DNA of 64,000 bases from positions 720,323 to 784,322 of the forward strand of contig MU004194.1 of assembly GCA_010093605.1 (NCBI GenBank), given 5' to 3'. The first letter of the stretch is position 1, and each line of letters opens with the position of its first letter. Made by a program: the position numbers and the translations under genes. Source of the stretch: Lophium mytilinum (lineage: Eukaryota). Under the pieces are notes generated by a model that searched no databases, was not told the origin of the DNA, and saw nothing but the letters and a program-made list of their open reading frames with translations. Below, one piece after another: positions 1-12,205 of the stretch.

Positions 1-310
1 CATATTAAAGAACCTTGGATTCGCTGTGCTCCATTAGGTAGTCGTCGGTAGCTTAGAGAAACCATCTTGAAGCGCTATATTCATTGGTTTGCATAGGTGA
101 AACGAGCTCAAAGCGTGAATTCTAGAATAGACTTAAATATGACGTAGATGTATCTGCTTAACGAGCCTGATCGAAAGGACTTCTAGTACAATCACTATTT
201 GATGAGCAATCTAGTAATATTTCACATATCTCTAGTCATGTACGGGTATAGTACAACCACGTCCTCAGCCCCCCAACTATCTATATCTACACATACCCAC
301 CAGTTCCATC

Positions 311-2096
311 TTACTCATCTACATAGCCCAACAGCTCCCCAACCTTCACCTTTTGCCCCTGCTTAATCTTCCAGCTCCACCCCCCGGGCCTGTGACCTTC
401 AACATATCCTTCATCGAAAGTCGGCCGGCGGCCCTTCGGTGCTTCAAAGACAAGTACAATCGTACTGCCCAGCTGGAAGCCACCCATCTCCTCCCCTCTC
501 TTCAGCGCATGACCACCAAGGACAGAGCTCGCGTTCTCGTACGTAGCCTCAGAGAACCCAGAATACAGCTCTCCACGTTGCGCCGCCTCCTCGGCAGCTC
601 TATCAGCCGCTGTGTCTGTATTCAGACTATTTGTACGCAGTTCGCGATCGAAGTTGACCACGATAGAACCGACGTTAGTCGCGCCTACGGGGGTGTAGCT
701 GAAGAAGCCCCAGCGCCAGCGACCAAGAAGCACAACGCGCTCGTTTAAAGTGAAGAGACCCGGCAGTGTGCGTTGTAGATATGGCGATACGCTGTACAGC
801 TCCCCGGCGAAGTGGCGGCGGGATTCGACGACCCAGGAGGCCGGGGAGTGGAAACGGTGGTAGTCGCCCGGCGCAAGGTAGATAACGCAGTAATAAAGCG
901 CGGTGGGATCCTTGGAGGCGGTCGGTGCCCACCAGGAGCGTGAGGCCTCGGAGAGAGCCAGGTCGGCGCGGACTTCGGCTTCGGAGGAGGCACGGGGGGA
1001 TGTCGATTGGTCGACTGGCATCTCTCCGGGTTCGTTGCCTTTAGGTTGGGGGCTGGAGAAGAGATTGGGTAGGGTGTACGAGATGCCGTTTATCTGGGCG
1101 AATTCTTCGTCGGCGCGAATGATCTCTTCATCGCCGGTGCGGGCACGGGAGTCACTAGGCTGGGCCGAGTTCGGGGATGAGGCGATATTTGAGGTTGGTG
1201 CTGAACCATTTGAAGACTTTGGACGAACAGAGCCTAGGAGTGCATCTAGGCTGTACGTTACGCCTTTTACTTGTTCGACTTCGCCATTGTCAATGATGCC
1301 GAATTGGATCACTTTGCCATCGGCTGGTGAGACAATGGCGTTGGGGGAGGGGTCGATGGGCCGAGAGCCAGGTTTTAGGGTACGGTAGAAAAAGGACGCG
1401 AGATTAGGGTAGGTATGGAGGTCAGGTTCGTCGACTTCTGAGAGACTGGACTGGTATTAACACGGTTCGATTGGGTGGAGAGTGTTAGGTAAGGCTTACT
1501 TCACACCAAATATAAAAGAGTAGAGTTTGAAGCCGGGCACGCGAAGGTAGTATGGTATTTTTAGTTCATTGAAGCGACCCCATATCCTCGATAGTGCTTT
1601 CAATGGTAGCGTGGACATTATCTGAACTTGCCTAGAGGCACAATTGTCAGGTTCATGGCTTGCGTAAAGCTGAGGCTGGCGGGACGTACCATGGTCCACT
1701 CGGGCGTATTCTCTCCCTCTTCTTGGGCTTACCTCCATCTGGTCCACTCCCATAGCTACTCCTCTCCTCCTCCTGCCTCCTTTGCTCCCGTTGTTGGACT
1801 CTGTAGAACTGGAAGAGACCAAGGAATCCAATGCCGAGGCCGATTGGTATGGGCTTCCACTCAATCTTGGTAGACTTCAGAGCAGCATTCAGCCGTGACC
1901 GAAACGACTCCTTTTTCTGCTGTTGTTGCTCTTCTAATAGGGGTTTCGTCCAGGCAAAGGTCCTGGAGGGCGCATGGTTGCGGACATGTGCGTTGCGGCG
2001 AAGGGACCCGCGGTAGACAACAATACGGTCGCTGCTAATGGGTCGAATCGCGGCTTGGCTCGTGGTATAAGCTCGGCGGGAGCATGCTAGAGACAT
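311..2096 (-). CDS. PSD1: Mitochondrial phosphatidylserine decarboxylase proenzyme 1 (3 exons: 2096-1690, 1631-1500, 1445-311)
   Basis: YLAPGDYHRFHSP, NERVVLLG, VGATNVGSI and the self-cleavage motif GGFQLGSTIV. Arg/Ser-rich presequence (MSLACSRRAY) and a TM segment (IPIGLGIGFLGLFQF). Two GT-AG introns join the ORF pieces in frame. Confidence 0.95.
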
Positions 2097-2373
2097 GGCT
2101 AGATCATAGTAAGAGAAGAAGGAGGGTTGAATGCATGGACACGGGATGGCTGCTTTTTGCAGCACAGGCAGGTGACGTTTGGCGCATGCCAAGAGGCGCG
2201 GCGATTCACAACGTGTCTGCAGGTGGAAACAACACCACCTAATCACCATTCACCACTTCGCCGCAGCTCGCTTTTTCGTGTCCAGAACACTACAAACTCC
2301 TGGTGGCAATGCTAGATACTCACCTCCCGGCCTCATCGTAAACCCTGCGTCTCTCGCTTTCCACTCTTTCGCC

Positions 2374-5076
2374 ATGTCCGATCCCAGCGCGGCACCACCG
2401 GCCGAGCAGACCTTCATTGATTTGAAGGTCCTGTCTCCTTCCACCGAGGTCGATGGCGACATGTACTTCAAGGAGCTTCCGGCGTCAACGACGGTGGCCC
2501 AGCTGAAGCTCAAGATCAAGGATCTGATTGCCACAAAGCCCGCGGTGGAGCGTATGAGGCTGATCTATAGAGGGCGGGTCATGGCAAAGGAGTCAGACAC
2601 CATGACTGATGTATTTGGCCGCGATGAGGTAAATGAGTGCTCCTCTTGTCTGGCTTGAACTCTGAGATTAATCATGTACTAGATCCGCGCTTCAAGTGAA
2701 CAGAGCCTGCATCTTGTCCTCCGCGAATTCGTCCATTCGTCCCATCCTCACAACCCCAGTAGCACGTCCTCCACGCCCATTCCCCGAAACTCGATAAATC
2801 CAGCCCCTCGCTCGGCTACTGTACCTCCCCAGAACCCCTTCCGAACTGGTCCTCCTTCCCCCGCACTCGGAGGCCCGATCCCTCCACCCCAAACGAATCC
2901 CTTCAGAGCTCCAGCTCAAGGCCGTCAACCCTTACAACCACACCAGAACCACGTACCGCACTTGCATCATCATCACCACCATAACGCGTTCCCTCACTTG
3001 CAACCGTTTCCGTTCCCAATGAACGGCCAACCAGGAGTGCCGCCACAGCTACCCATTCCGCCTGAGCTTCAAAACCTCCTACAGCAGCAGGTGCAGCAGC
3101 AAGCGCAAGCAGCAGGGCAGCTCGGCACTGACCCGAATGGGCCCCAACAAAATGGACAAACTACACCCGAGCAACAAAACGGGGCGGAATCAGGGACCCA
3201 AACCAACGGCAGAGCACCAGGCACAAGGAACGCTTTCCAGGACTACGTAGCTCGTCAACAACAGCAGAGGGCTGCTACAGGTTCCCCCGGAGCGGGACTC
3301 AACGGGGCCAATGCTATTCCTGGCGACAATAGGGAGCTGGGAAATGGACCACCGCCTGGATCACCTTATGGCGGAATACCACCAAACAGCTCTAGCACCA
3401 TCAGGCATGAAGGCATAGGTCCAAATGGACAGCGCTGGACTATGACCGTGAACAGCACCAATGTTACCACTGGCCCTGGTCAACAACCTCCCAACTTCGG
3501 CCGCGCATTTGCCCACCCTCCACATATGCCCCTTCCTCCGTTCCTGAATGGACGAATTGGAACTCCTAATCCCAACAGACAGGTCTACCCTAATATGGAC
3601 CGAGATCTAGCTAGGATTCGATCGAGTTTGCAGGCAGCCCAGCGGGAAATGGAGAACATTAGGTTGCTTATAAATGCCGACTCTGGGGAATTGACGGCAA
3701 ATGGTACGACTACAGCTTCGAGTACGCCGACCTGGCGACACGGAACAGTAAGACAGCACATGCAGAACCTCCTCGGTAATCTGGACGAGTTACAAACCGC
3801 ATTGAATTCCCTTGTTGCGGATCCCCAATTGGCGCGTAATCGGGATATAGTCTCTCTGCAAATGCTGAATAACAGTTTGAGACAACAAGCAGATGGCCTG
3901 GTCGAAAGCATTGATCGCCTCCAAGAAAACGTGGAGAGTTCTCGAGCAACTAATACGAATGGCACCGCAGACACTAATCCTACTCCGACTCCAACCTTGA
4001 TCAATTCTTCGAATCAACCCCAGCAGCCAACTTCGACTGAAACAAGTGCCCAAACAACAGCCACCGCGCCCGGCCCAGAACTATTCCTCCTTTCTGGCCC
4101 TCAAGGACCCGTCGGCCTTCTCTTCGACGAGAGGGGCACTTACACAACTGCTCCATTCTCTCCAACCCTCCCCTTTGATACGTTCAATCAGCAATTTAAT
4201 GCGAACCGCCAAGTTCTTGCGGGGTTCGTAAATCAAGTTGCCCAGATATATCAAGCACAGCCCGCTGCCAATCCTGTCCCAGGTCAAAACCAGCAACCTC
4301 AGAATGCAAATCCGAACCCTGCCGCACAACCCGGTCAGCCCGCCGCACAGCAGGCACAACCAGGCCAGGCGGCAGAGCCTCCACAGAACGGTTTCGGAGT
4401 GGCAACGCATTTCTGGCTTCTATTCAAACTCCTCGCTTTCATCTACCTCTTTGCCGGTGGCAGTGGCTGGCGTAGGCCAGTCATGATGGGAATTACTGGC
4501 ATCATTGTCTATCTTGCGCAGCTCGGCCTATTTGAGAATCAATTTGATAGAGTGCGCCGACATTTTGAAGCACTTCTTCCTATTGCGGAGCGTGAGGTCG
4601 GCCCTGGCCAGCGACCGAGGCCAGAGGCTCCCCAGGGCGGCGACTCGCGCCGTGTCCCTTCGCCCGAGGAGACTGCGCAGCGATTGATAAGAGAGCATGA
4701 GGAGCGGGAAAGAGGGTGGATGCGGGAAAGAATACGAGTTGTGGAACGCGCGGTTGCGCTTTTCGTGGCGAGTCTTTGGCCTGGGCTGGGTGAAAGGATG
4801 GTTAGGGCGAGAGAGGAGCGAGTTGCGGCGGAACGGAGGGAGGAGGAGAGATTAGCGGCGGAAGAGCAGGCAAGGATTGAGAGAGAAGCCAAGGAAAAGG
4901 AAGAGGCTGAGGGCGAGAAGGCCGAGGGTGAGCAAGCCGAGAGCGAAGGAACTAGAGAGGAGGGTGAGGCGAGTAGTAGTGATAAGGGAAAGGAAAAGGC
5001 CACCATCCCTGAAGCTGGAGAGGCTTCAGGGTCCGAGGCGTTGCCTACGATAGATAAGGAGGTGACGGCCCAGTAA
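2374..5076 (+). CDS. N-terminal ubiquitin-like domain membrane protein, HERP/Usa1-like ERAD scaffold (intron about 2629-2682)
   Basis: UBL-like start (IDLKVLSPS...TTVAQLKLKI...RMRLIYRGR...LHLVL after splicing), long Q/P-rich disordered region, two close TM segments (FWLLFKLLAFIYLF, MMGITGIIVYLAQLGLF), LFVASLWPG motif and a charged tail. Confidence 0.75.
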
Positions 5077-5677
5077 GGACATTTCTGAGCGTATATGTTC
5101 TTCTGACGATGGTAGCGTTTTAAGGGCGTTTAACGGCTTGAAAACATCGATATCATGCTTTGCAAGCAGTGGGGGAGGGATGTATCATAGGAAGGTTCCC
5201 TTCGTGTAGCACACTTTCGGCCCTCAGGTTAGTTTCACTATGGACATATCTTTCGTACGCTTTGTACGGCTTAGAACAAACTTCCTGATAGGTTTTCTTA
5301 TCCTGACCCGTTACGGGATCCCACCGATTGTCTAGAGGTCTCCGGAAGGTCACATGATGCTGCTTAGAAGAAGCGGCTAGCTCATCTTTCTAACCGACTC
5401 CGACTCCGACTGCGAGTCCTTGCTAACTATGTACTGTGAGACGGTCTGTCCTCCCTTCTACGCATCCCCCTATCCACAAGTAACAACCGGTGGGGCCATA
5501 TATAGGCAGAGGCGCTCGCCGTTGCTTCACAGTAAAGCTGCAAATTCAATACCCCTGTATCTCTGTGACGCGTAACCACTTCGGTACGGCCGTATACAAT
5601 CCGCAACCCAAACTATAACCAGTCGACCATACAGCCATCGTGGACGTCAGCACTACCAGATATCATACACCACAATC

Positions 5678-5713
5678 ACCAAGAGCTTCACCAAGAACTT
5701 CACCAAGAGCTTC
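5678..5713. repeat. Short tandem repeat, 3 x 12 bp (ACCAAGARCTTC)
   Basis: accaagagcttc accaagaacttc accaagagcttc read directly, upstream of the monooxygenase. Confidence 0.85.
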
Positions 5714-5827
5714 TACATCTCCTTCTTTCCGTCTCACATCTTCACAACTCGTCTTTCTTCTATCATTCTATCATCGAAAACCTACTTATCCAACCATCTC
5801 CCACATCCACTCAACTCCCCCCAAAAG

Positions 5828-7098
5828 ATGCCTCCCCTCACCATCGCAATCATCGGCGCCGGCCCCGGCGGCCTTCTCCTCGCCCGCCTCCTCCAGCGCT
5901 CCTCCACCCCCATCGCCGTCGCCATCTTCGAAAGCGACCCCTCCCCAACCACCCGCTCGCAGGGCGGCACGCTCGACCTGCGTCCCGGCGGCGGGCTCAA
6001 GGCCATGCGCGAAGCCGGCCTCTGGGACGAGTTCTGCGCCCACGCGCGCTGGAGCGGCGAGGCGCTGAAGGTCGTTGATAAGAAGCTCGTTACGTGGTTG
6101 AGCCGCAGCGGTGGCAGCCAGACGGAGCCAAGGGAGTGGGGCGCGGCGCCGGAGATTGATCGGAGGGTATTGCGGGATGTGTTGCTGGGGAGTGTGGGGG
6201 AGGAGGTGGTGAGGTGGGGGAGGAAGGTTGCGAGTGTGGAGGTAGAGGGGGAGATGGGGATGGGGGTGGTGAGGTTTGCGGAGGGGGGGGAGGAGGGGGG
6301 GTTTGATCTGGTCGTGGGCGCGGATGGGTGCTGGAGTAGGGTTAGGGGGGCGGTTTCGGAGGTCAAGCCGTACTATTCGGGGATTGGGGGGTTTTCGTTT
6401 TCGATCTCGGAGTGTGAGAGGAGGGCGCCGGAGGTGTGGAGGCTGGTGGATGGGGGAAGTGTGTTTGGGTATTCGGATAGCAAGGGCAGGTGCTGGGGGA
6501 TGGGAGTGTGAATGTGTCGGCGTGGGGGTTGAAAGGTGAAGCTTGGATGAGGGAGAGTGAGTATGATGTCCATGATCTGGAGCAAGCGAGGGAGGGAGTG
6601 AAGAGGGAGTATGCAGGGTGGGCGAAAGAGTTGACGAATATGCTGGATGCTGTGGATGACGATGTTGCGCCGAGGTCGCTGTATATGCTCCCGGTTGACT
6701 TCTCGTGGGAGCATAAGAGGGGGGTCACGTTGTTAGGAGATGCTGCTCATGTCATGACGCCGTTTGCAGGGATTGGAGTCAATATGGCGATGCAGGATGC
6801 GATGGAGCTGGCGCATGCTATCATCGATGCTGCCAAAGAGGCGGAAGAGCTAGCTGGGAAGGACGTCCTGGACGACAAAATGAGGAGGTATGAGAAAGAA
6901 CTGTTTCCGAGGATGCACGCGGCACAAGAGATCACGGACGGCGCGACGAAAGATATGTACTTCACGGAGGGAGCACCAAGGACCTCAATACACCGGTGGT
7001 GCTCTAGAGTTGCAGGGCACGACATGCCACCTCTTCTCAGGCCTCTTTTCACGGCGGGACTATACACTTACTTTTTCTTTTTCAAAATGTTTGTCTGA
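5828..7098 (+). pseudogene. TetX-like class A FAD-dependent monooxygenase, frameshifted near 6480-6490 (pseudogene or assembly error)
   Basis: IAIIGAGPGGL, SQGGTLDL, PEIDRRVLR and DLVVGADG in ORF 5828-6511. VTLLGDAAHVMTPFAGIGVNMAMQDA in the overlapping -1 frame ORF 6490-7098. No usable intron at the junction. Confidence 0.8.
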
Positions 7099-7291
7099 AA
7101 ATCATCGTTGAAAAGACTCCCTTCCGAGCTTGTCTTAGATTTGTTGCTTCCGCCATTGCGCATGCAACAGCTTGTAGTAGCATTTCATATCCCCGCTATG
7201 TGTCGTATTCCAAGCAGTCAATAAGGATGAATGTACCGCTTCTTCGCTTGTCTCTGTCAATTACTAGCTGCTTATCCGTAGATGTTCTTGA

Positions 7292-8938
7292 TTATGCGAC
7301 AGAGCAGCTGTCGCACACATAATGGCCGCAGTTTGGACAGGAAGGATACATCGCGATGGTGAACGGCCCGAACAAACAAGCACAACAGTAAAATTCAATA
7401 GCTGTACTTATATGGGGAGCAATTTGAGGCAGAAGCCGAATGCGTTTGAAATCCGAAACGCAATCTGAAAAGTTCGAATCTTGTGGCAATTTGGCTAGAG
7501 CATTGATGGCATCGTTTTGCGGCGCGTCTTGGAGACTTATACGCTGGTATTGCATGCCACATTCCCCACTGCCATTCTAGGTTAACATTGGCGACGGGCT
7601 AGAAGCTGGAGGCTAAGAAGAGCGGAGAGGATTACCAGGTTATATGGTCATCGGCATTTCCAGCATTCAAATTGCCACAACTCGGACAACACTGGTCATT
7701 GATGGCATCGTCCGAGAAAAGAGCTGCCATCAGTATTCGCCGTCCAGGTCGAAAGCTACATTTGAAAGGGCCGTTCCGGGATATTTCTTTCCTCGTCGTC
7801 GCATCCTGTAGTACGTACTGTTTTCCGGCGATACGGTCTAATCCTGGCATACCTCTGAAGCGCGCAAGGAGGACATTCTCGAATATCTATTTGGGAGCAT
7901 GTCAGGCACGGTAACAGGTGGCACATTGAGCAAGGGTCTTCAACCTACATCCCAGTTTTCAACAAGCTCTAAAGGCATCCTAGTAACTCTCCCTATAGCA
8001 TCGTCGAAGATGATAGGCTGCTCACTCCAAGGTTCAAGAAGGCGAGGTAGCTGGGAGTTGATGTAAGTCACGCCTTTCCAAGTTTCGTAACTTATCTTGC
8101 TGTTCACCTTTTTAGAACTAATTACCTAATGAACAAGTAATGCGCAAGGATGAATATGACTTACCAGATGTTTCTAAGCTTCTGAAGGAACTCTTCGCGG
8201 AACATCGTCAACCTATACGCCCACTATTAGTCACTGCAAAAACTACACGACTAGGCACTTACGCACAGAGCCATTCAGCACAAGGCGCAATCATTCGGCC
8301 CTCCAGCTGCTCCAGTCGTTTAGTTAGAGCTTCCAACTCGGCCGATTGCTGGGCAGAACAGGCCTCTTGTCGACTGCACGTTTCTTCAGCCTGGCTGCGC
8401 AATCGCTCATCGGTCATGATGAAGGAATTTCTAAAACCATCAACCAATATGTCAGCAACCTTATTATTGAGAAAAAGTTATTGGCATGGTCTTACAAGTG
8501 TGCTGAAACCAACAAAACGGTGATCGACTGCGTCCGATCCCTGATATCCGTCCGAAACTGCTCCACGCAGTCCATATGCGAGTTTCGCCAATGCAGCTTC
8601 CAAAAGGCCTCGCGAACAGCGTTCCCACCATCAATTCTCGACTTTCCAAGATGCTTACTGTACTTCTCAATCTTATCATGAAACGCAACGATGAGATCAT
8701 AGCAGTCCTGTGCCTTCAGCCTTGCGGTCTGACCCAGCGCGATATATCCCGAGGAGTTATCGCACGTGGCCGTAAGGTCTTTCAAGGTAGATAGAAGCCG
8801 CTGGAGGTTCCGAATATCGTCTACGGCCTTCTGGTAGTCTCGGGCGGAGCCGCGGCTTTCGTCCAGAGTTTCGAGAAGGTCCCGGAGGATCTGGCATAGG
8901 GATATGATATCCCCGACGGCGCCAAATGTGATGGGCAT
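7292..8938 (-). CDS. Multi-exon protein: HeLo-like fungal N-terminal domain, ubiquitin-like domain and C-terminal Cys clusters
   Basis: N-terminus MPITFGAVGDIISLCQILRDLLETLDESRGSARDYQ is typical of fungal HeLo-like/SesA-type N-termini. Middle QPIIFDDAIGRVTRMPLELVENWD...MPGLDRIAGKQYVLQD...FRPGRRILM...CPSC. End FYCCACLFGP...CPNCGHYVCDSC. First intron 8495-8431; others approximate. Confidence 0.7.
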
Positions 8939-9262
8939 GGCTCCTCGCTGGGGCGATAGTGTAAGAAGGCTTTGCGTAGTGGCGGGCTTTTGAGCATCTT
9001 ATACTGTGGAACGCATTGATTAAGTAGCTGCCTTTCAAGAGGTGTGTTGTCAGGCTGAAATGCGCCTTGCCTTAGCGTGCATGACACCCTTCAGGCTTAG
9101 CGTAAATATGGGAGGGAAGTGACACGATTGGACCAGTCTTTGTCCCCTGCTAAGTTATAGAGGTGATCCGAAATAGTCAATAGCATGACTTTTGAGGACA
9201 TGGCTTCTTGCATACTCGTTCGTCACATAAGTTCTCCTACAAAAGTTCATATCCTATATGTG

Positions 9263-12205
9263 TTAAATGACCGTTAGAAGAACCACCAACAAAGCTCCTG
9301 CAAAGACCTTGAAAGCTTCGAGATCAATCCGGCCGGCGGCATTGGTTGTCTGAATCTCCATCGGGGTGCTCGTAGCATCCGTAGGCAGCATCGTTGACGA
9401 CGCTGACAATGTAGCACTACTACCACCACCTTTACCGCCGCCACCAAGGCCACTCCATATCAACGCTCCTAGACCGGCGCCTGATGTCGTAGATTCGGGT
9501 GCCGATGTAGCGAGCTGGAATAATGGCGTCGAAGGGGAAGCTGGTGACCCAGGGATACTTAGGACGCTAGCTTGCGGAGGTCCCGAGATTGACGGTGCAC
9601 TCGACGGCGAATGAGAAGCAGTTAGAGTATTGAACTCAGAAATTTCCGAGCCAGAAGGCAAGCCTTCTGCCGTGTCTGAAAATTCGTAGACGGTGACGCT
9701 GGATTCGAAGTGTGCGGCTGATGTTGCAAGGATCGTGGGCCGGTTCGGAGACGGAGTAGTAGTCGGAGGGGAGTTGTGGGACTCGGAAGGCGTGGAGATG
9801 CTGCTTTCTACATGTACCACAAGCGGAGATGTGAGAAACTCTGCTGATGATGGCTGTGTAGAAGATGATTCGGCGGGGACAGATTTGGAGCCGCTTGGCT
9901 CATCACTTGACGTTGAGGAGGTCGAGATTACTGATGTTCTTTCAGAGTGGGTAGCTTGGGACTCGGGACAGAACGTCGTTACAATGGTTTTGCCGCTGAT
10001 TACAGTTGTGACAGGGTACGTTTCAGATTGCGGTGACGAATGAGTGCTTGCAGCCTTGGAGCTCGCATCCTTGCCACCGAATGTTGTAGTCGAGATGTTG
10101 AAGTTGACAGGGCCGAATTCTACTTTGTAAGAATCCTCTTTCAAAATTGCGTTGGTAGTCTCTGTAACTAGCGAAACGCCGTAGCCAACTTCACTAAGAG
10201 TGAAAGATAGGATATATGTTGAGCCGGACGATGGGGCGGATGTTCTACCGCATGTGAGCAAACATAAGCTTGTGAGACCAAAGTGACTTACACAGAGAAC
10301 GTTTCTCCTTGATTGTCGATGATATGAACATTCAGGATTACTGAATTCGGAGGAAACGATACGGACATGTGGTACCTATGTAATGGTCAGTAGCAAACTC
10401 TAGTATATAGCACTCATGCCTTGTGACTGACGTTCCAGCAATAACGTCTCCTAGCCCGATAATCAATTTGCCGGTTTTACTGGGGTCATCCGGAGGATAG
10501 AAAACGCCCTGAGAGTGAGCCAGATCTTCTTGTCTCTTCCTAAACCTCGTGCATCCCGGTATATCGTCCTCGTGCACGGTATCGCAATCGATACCCGTAA
10601 TCTTGACTAGGAACGGATCGCCTTTCTTCATTTTGTAAGCCTCGTAAAACGGTCCCAAGTAGCTGCCCTGTGCGCCATTCTGGAAATCCGTAATGCAACC
10701 GACGTGAGCACGTTGGCCATTCTGTTGTTTGCCGCCCTCTTGAGCGGATGAGAATGGATACTCGTCGCAGGAGAGCTTATAGCCTTTATTCGGACCATCG
10801 GCTTTCGTCTGTCCCTCGCAGCATTTGCCGTCCTTGCACCGAGTCTGTTTGCGGTTTCCCGACTTTGGCCCAGCATAGTGTAGGACTTCCTGATTGACCG
10901 GTGCAGCACGCGCCCGGAGCCCCAAGCACATATTCGCGACCAGATCATCAGTGAGAACTGGAATATATGGGAAAAGAATGGTCGGCATTGCGCTAGCAGT
11001 ACTCGATCTTGAGGTTTTCGGGCGTTTTGGAGATGTCGTGAGAGCGGACGATGTGGTCGTGCTTTCATCTGATGACGAGACCTTCGTGCTAGTAGCTCCT
11101 GGAGATGAAATGGTTCTTGTTGCAGACCCTCGAATTGACTCCCTCGGCGTAGAGGCCTTTGGAGTCGATGCTTTCGGAGTCGATGCCTTTAGAGTCGATG
11201 CCTTTGGAGTCGATGCCTTTGGAGTCGATGCCTTCGGAGTCGACGGCTTTGGAGTGGATACCCTTGGTGTTGAAACCTTCTCCGAGGGAGCCTTTGTTGA
11301 CTCTTTTGGTAGCGAGATCTTAGGCGTCGACGTCGGGGGTTTAGAGGTCTTTGCGCTTGCTGGTTTAGAACCTGCTGTTTGGCTTGGCTTCATGCCTATC
11401 TCCTTTTCTCCTCCAGGCGCCTGGCAGAAGTCTGTCTCTGCGCTACATGTCTGGCCCTCGGCACAGCCTTACAATTATTAGCAACAGCGTGTCTCCAAGG
11501 ATAGAGGGGCGCCTACACCATCCATCACATGCTACCTCGCCAGGCATGCAACATACCGTGTCGCCAAAGCATTCTGCGCCCTCTAAGCAGCAGAGTTCTG
11601 CTCCACAACATGTAGTACCTTCCCAACAAGCTTGCTCAGAAGGCTGTGGACAGCAAACGGTTCCTGGGAAATGGCAAAACATGGGGTTGATTGCTCCGCA
11701 GGCCGTAGTGTCGATCGGGCCTTCAATCAATCAGCTTTCTAGGTCAAGAGCATTTGTGTCATACTTACAACAGAAATCATTTGGCTGGCACACGGGATGA
11801 GCTTCGTCGCAACAAAATAGCCCGCACTGTGGTAAGATAGTTAGTCACGAATCGCAGGCTTGAGACGACAAGACCTCACGCAGGTGTCGCCAATGGGACA
11901 ACACAGCCCTTCGCAAGGCTCTAGTCCAAGTCAGACCTCTGATATGCTTGACCACATGTCCATAAGGTTTGCGTGATTCACATACCCATTCCGACGCACT
12001 CAGCGCGTTTTCCAAAGCCTAGAAATGAAGTAGGCGGACGGCTCATTTCTCCTAGCACCCCCATCCCTCCCCTCTCTCCTAGACCGCCTTTTGAAGAAGT
12101 CGCATTGCGATTTGAACGAGAAGGGAATCCCGGTACAACGCTCTTAGCAACGCTCCCAGAAAATGAGGCCAATATTACGAGAAGGAACAGCGAAGAAGAC
12201 AGCAT
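9263..12205 (-). CDS. Secreted, probably GPI-anchored protein with Cys-rich repeats, a NucA/NucB-type deoxyribonuclease domain and a Ser/Thr-rich stalk (about 7 exons)
   Basis: Signal peptide MLSSSLFLLVILASFSGSVA, KR dibasic site, CC-rich exons (11920-11443), KASTP repeats, nuclease motif SCDEYPFSSAQEGG...QNGAQGSYLGPFY, S/T-rich region, C-terminal NAAGR...FAGALLVVLLTVI. GT-AG introns link the pieces in frame. Confidence 0.8.
11143..11280 (-). repeat. Coding minisatellite, about 9 x 15 bp, encoding (K/R)(A/V/P)STP
   Basis: Repeated ctttggagtcgatgc-like units on the + strand; translation KVSTP RVSTP KPSTP KASTP KASTP KASTL KASTP KASTP KASTP. Confidence 0.9.

Noticed and set aside
2962..2982. 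His6 run suggesting an engineered tag
   Set aside because: It is internal to the spliced protein, in a natural H/Q/P-rich region; the ORF-track start there is a TTG artefact.
6470..6511. Programmed -1 frameshift or micro-intron in the monooxygenase
   Set aside because: No X XXY YYZ heptamer in the permitted window and no branch point or frame-restoring intron of workable size.
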